Below the pieces are notes generated by a model. It saw nothing but the letters and a program-made list of their open reading frames with translations. It ran no database searches and was not told the origin of the DNA. From positions 124,001-188,000 of the IMG/VR virus record IMGVR_UViG_3300037087_000760: a stretch of 64,000 bases of DNA. One strand, given 5' to 3'. Made by a program: the position numbers and the translations under genes. This document shows positions 60,987 through 64,000 of this stretch, in pieces (the first letter of the stretch is position 1; each line of letters starts with the position of its first letter).

Positions 60987-61793
60987 ATGATAAAGAAATT
61001 TAATGCCTATAAATCATTGACATTGAAATACATGATATTTGATTGGGATAACAACATTCTACATATGCCCACTCCAATTCATATCGAAGTCTTAAAAAAA
61101 GGCAAATGGATTCCAAAAGATATACTACCAGAAGAATTTGCCAAAATAAGAACAAATGAAAATTGGAGAAACAGGAATAATGATTTTGTATTGACATTTC
61201 AAGAATTTAGAGATACAGGGCCAAGGGGTAATAAATCTTTTCTCGAAGATGCTAAGAAATCTGTTTTGAGGGGTAATTTTGGTCCCTGTTTTCAAGATTT
61301 TATCAAAACATTAATCAATGGTAATATTTTTCTTATTATTACCGCTCGTGGTCATGAACCAGAAACAATAAAACATTTTGTTAAATGGCTGATTTGTAAT
61401 TATTTGACTCCAGAACAAAGAATAAAAATGAAAAAAAATCTGGAGAAATTTCAAAAACTTTTTAATTCAAAAGATTCCACCATTCATTCTTATTTGGATA
61501 CTTGTGAGTTTATTGGTATTATGTCTCAATATTTTAGAAATAGATTTGGATTGGACTTTGAGAATACCCAAAATGTTGAAGAGGGTAAGGAATTGGCCAT
61601 TGATTCATTCTTGATTAGATTACAAAATTTTGCCACTAAAATCGGAGCTAAATTAAAAGTAGGTTTCTCCGATGATGATGAAAATACTGTAAGACATATG
61701 ACAGATTTCTTTAAAGAGAAAGATCTTGATGTCGCTGTTGATTATTATATTTTCAATACTTCAAATAAGGGGAAAGAAAAAGTTAAGATATAA
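60987..61793 (+). CDS. HAD-superfamily phage protein
   Basis: IFDWDNNI, ITARGH, GFSDDD. Confidence 0.65.
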   Translation: MIKKFNAYKSLTLKYMIFDWDNNILHMPTPIHIEVLKKGKWIPKDILPEEFAKIRTNENWRNRNNDFVLTFQEFRDTGPRGNKSFLEDAKKSVLRGNFGPCFQDFIKTLINGNIFLIITARGHEPETIKHFVKWLICNYLTPEQRIKMKKNLEKFQKLFNSKDSTIHSYLDTCEFIGIMSQYFRNRFGLDFENTQNVEEGKELAIDSFLIRLQNFATKIGAKLKVGFSDDDENTVRHMTDFFKEKDLDVAVDYYIFNTSNKGKEKVKI

Positions 61794-62316
61794 CCTCTAT
61801 TTTCAATATATCTGAATAAAAAGTATCAAACACTAATATTTCTTTTTCTGAATTATATTCAGACCATCCAGAGATTTGTGATCTGGTTATTGGATTTGTT
61901 ATTAATTTTTTTTGTCTTTCAGTTATTTTATCCATAACCAAATCCAAAGATACTGGATATTTAACATCTTTTAAGTCTAAGGTATATAAGTAAGAAAACA
62001 TATCTTCCGAATCTGGTTCAATAAAACCCATGGCAATTTCCTTTTCGTATGACCAAGATATACCAGCGTTGTTCTTAGGTGAAAATCTAATTGGTTTCGT
62101 TATTTCATAATCTCTTGATTCTCCCCTATAAACTAAAGTATTTTTTGTCATTTCTTTAACTAAGTTATAACTTTCCTGAAACAAATTTGAAGGTATTTTG
62201 TTTACATCTTCAATAAACTTTATAGTTTGTTGTGCAAAGAAATCCATAAACCAGATGGCTAATTCATCTGGTATTGATTCTTTCATTCCCTCAAATACTT
62301 TAAAATTTACAATCAT
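61783..62316 (-). CDS. ART-fold-like protein with capsid-targeting-like N-terminus
   Basis: MIVNFKVFE; LVYRGE, GISWS, SEKEI (R-S-E-type pattern). Confidence 0.5.
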   Translation of the reverse strand: MIVNFKVFEGMKESIPDELAIWFMDFFAQQTIKFIEDVNKIPSNLFQESYNLVKEMTKNTLVYRGESRDYEITKPIRFSPKNNAGISWSYEKEIAMGFIEPDSEDMFSYLYTLDLKDVKYPVSLDLVMDKITERQKKLITNPITRSQISGWSEYNSEKEILVFDTFYSDILKIEVIS

Positions 62317-62489
62317 AGATTTATATATTAAAATCCACAATTATTTTCTTATCGTCTGGACTGAATTCGATATTCACTGAATGAATATGATTTTTTAATT
62401 CCTCTGTTAATTCCAAAACTCTTTTCATTATTTTTGATTTAATCTGATCGTTGTTCATTTTATCTTTTTATTTTTATATATAGAAAGTG

Positions 62490-64000
62490 ATGAAGTTAGA
62501 CAAAGAAACATATGAGAAAATCATTCATTCCAAAGAGTTTAAGGATTGGTTTGGTGATTGGGAACATCCGAATAAAAAGACCAGTAAAATAGTGGATAAA
62601 AATGGTAAACCATTGGTAGTTTATCATGGAAGCCCTTATAAATTCACAGAATTCAAATATGGTATGAATGATACTTCTGGTCAGATGGGTGCTGAATATG
62701 CTTTTTGGTTTTCAAACCTGAATGTTGCAACACATTATTCACAATGTTATCCAAGATCGTATTACAATGAAAGGAATGAGGTTAACGAGAAATATAACGA
62801 GAAAATAGAAAAAGACAAGATTGAATTTTTAAAGACGGTAGATATGTCGGTATGGGATGGAATGTTATCTTTCATAGAAAAGGAGTATGGTAAGTCTACT
62901 GGTTATTATAATTTAAGTAGTTGGGTGAAATCAGATAATTGGAAAGAAGTATCAAAGACATTGATGGATTTATTGTTTTGGATAGGTAAGAAGAACATAG
63001 ATGAAATCAGTCCAAAACTAAGTGAATTTGTACACTTGGATAAAAAATACGATATTGAATTGAATAAGGAATTGGAAGAAATTCAAAGTAAATACGACAA
63101 TCAAGAGGGTTACATATATCCATGCTTTATAAAAGCGACAATTATTGAGGAAGAAGATGGGGAGAATGTAGGTGTGGGTTTAAATCGAGTTCCAGATAGT
63201 AGTATTCATTGTAAAATAATCAGGAATGCGGACACTGGAGCACAGTTCGCTGATGAATATGTGGTAACAAATCCTAAACGAATAAAAATAGCAACTGGTG
63301 AAAACACAACTTTCAATGGAAAGAGTAAAAATATTTATGAAAATCATCATAGAATGATAATCAATTTTGGAGAATTTGAATTTGTATTATTAGAGAAGAA
63401 TAATGAATCGATAGATGGTCAGACTATGTATAACAAGTTAATAAAAAGGTTTCCTGAAATTAACATTGACAGACCAGAAGGTATAAGTGGTGAATCCATA
63501 ACGATATGGGGTATTTATAAAGGTCATGATAAATATGAAGATATTTACAAGTGGTATGAAGATTTAGATGATAAAGAGTTTATTGACAAGTTATTGAAAT
63601 ACATAAACAAATTTGGTTGGTATTCAAGGGCATCAATGACAAGGATTAAGAACACACATACATTAAGTATTTCTCCGAAGTGGAGTAAGGGGTATGTATT
63701 AATTCCAGATACATTATATCATGCTTGTCCAATGTCCAGATTAAATGATATTTTGAAACATGGTTTAAAATCCAAGTCGGAAGATATTCGACACAAGTAC
63801 CCACCGAGAATCTATATGTCTACGAACAAAGAGGTTTTATATTCATTAATAAAGGAATTAAAAGTATGGAAGCAGATAGATAAAACAGATAAAGAACCAT
63901 ATGCGATTGTGGGTATAAATACAGATGATTTGAATTTAGGTATATTATATAAAGACCAAATGAGTTTATTTACAGGTAATTGTTACATACAAGGAAAGAG
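62490..64000 (+). CDS. Polyvalent protein with ART-PolyVal domain(s), 3'-truncated by window (not in ORF track)
   Basis: Open to window end; FKDWFGDWE...SKIVDKNGKPLVVYHGS; later LYHAC...ILKHGLK..RIYMS. Confidence 0.7.
   Translation, partial: MKLDKETYEKIIHSKEFKDWFGDWEHPNKKTSKIVDKNGKPLVVYHGSPYKFTEFKYGMNDTSGQMGAEYAFWFSNLNVATHYSQCYPRSYYNERNEVNEKYNEKIEKDKIEFLKTVDMSVWDGMLSFIEKEYGKSTGYYNLSSWVKSDNWKEVSKTLMDLLFWIGKKNIDEISPKLSEFVHLDKKYDIELNKELEEIQSKYDNQEGYIYPCFIKATIIEEEDGENVGVGLNRVPDSSIHCKIIRNADTGAQFADEYVVTNPKRIKIATGENTTFNGKSKNIYENHHRMIINFGEFEFVLLEKNNESIDGQTMYNKLIKRFPEINIDRPEGISGESITIWGIYKGHDKYEDIYKWYEDLDDKEFIDKLLKYINKFGWYSRASMTRIKNTHTLSISPKWSKGYVLIPDTLYHACPMSRLNDILKHGLKSKSEDIRHKYPPRIYMSTNKEVLYSLIKELKVWKQIDKTDKEPYAIVGINTDDLNLGILYKDQMSLFTGNCYIQGK

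Noticed and set aside
600-62380. Many short opposite-strand ORFs nested in long genes (e.g. 600-824, 14263-14586, 43347-44063)
   Set aside because: Antisense shadows with no recognisable motifs or expression signals.
1-64000. CRISPR array
   Set aside because: No regularly spaced direct repeats; the repeats seen are tRNA paralogs or coding duplications.

Overview
AT-rich, gene-dense 64 kb segment of a huge/jumbo T4-like tailed phage (gp46-like ATPase end, gp14-like neck domain, homing endonucleases; standard genetic code). The host is most likely Bacteroidota: TAnnTTTG -7 promoter boxes, no Shine-Dalgarno motifs, Bacteroidota-type ClpP and TonB receptor. The window encodes NAD+ salvage/uptake (pncA, pncB, nadE, nadR, pnuC, TonB receptor), coaB/coaC, clpP, ribosomal protein bL12, a 419-aa minimal leucyl-tRNA synthetase, a ~234-nt minimal RNase P RNA, about 28 tRNA/tRNA-like genes, an ~1 kb structured non-coding island, and many proteins with a T4 capsid-targeting-like N-terminus, several with ADP-ribosyltransferase-like folds. 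Main observation: the tRNAs are sorted into two operons by amino acid (Met/Ile/Asn/Gln on +, Leu/Tyr on -). Each operon is preceded by a short leader ORF made almost only of those amino acids (MIMTQNIQNMIINQI; LYYLYLYLY) and overlapped by mutually exclusive 1:2, 2:3 and 3:4 hairpins. This is the layout of ribosome-sensed attenuators, here apparently switching on phage tRNAs when the matching charged tRNAs run low. Most anticodons occur both in a normal and in a structurally aberrant tRNA body. All calls are by eye, with no database searches or folding programs. About 70 further small ORFs are hypothetical and not listed.
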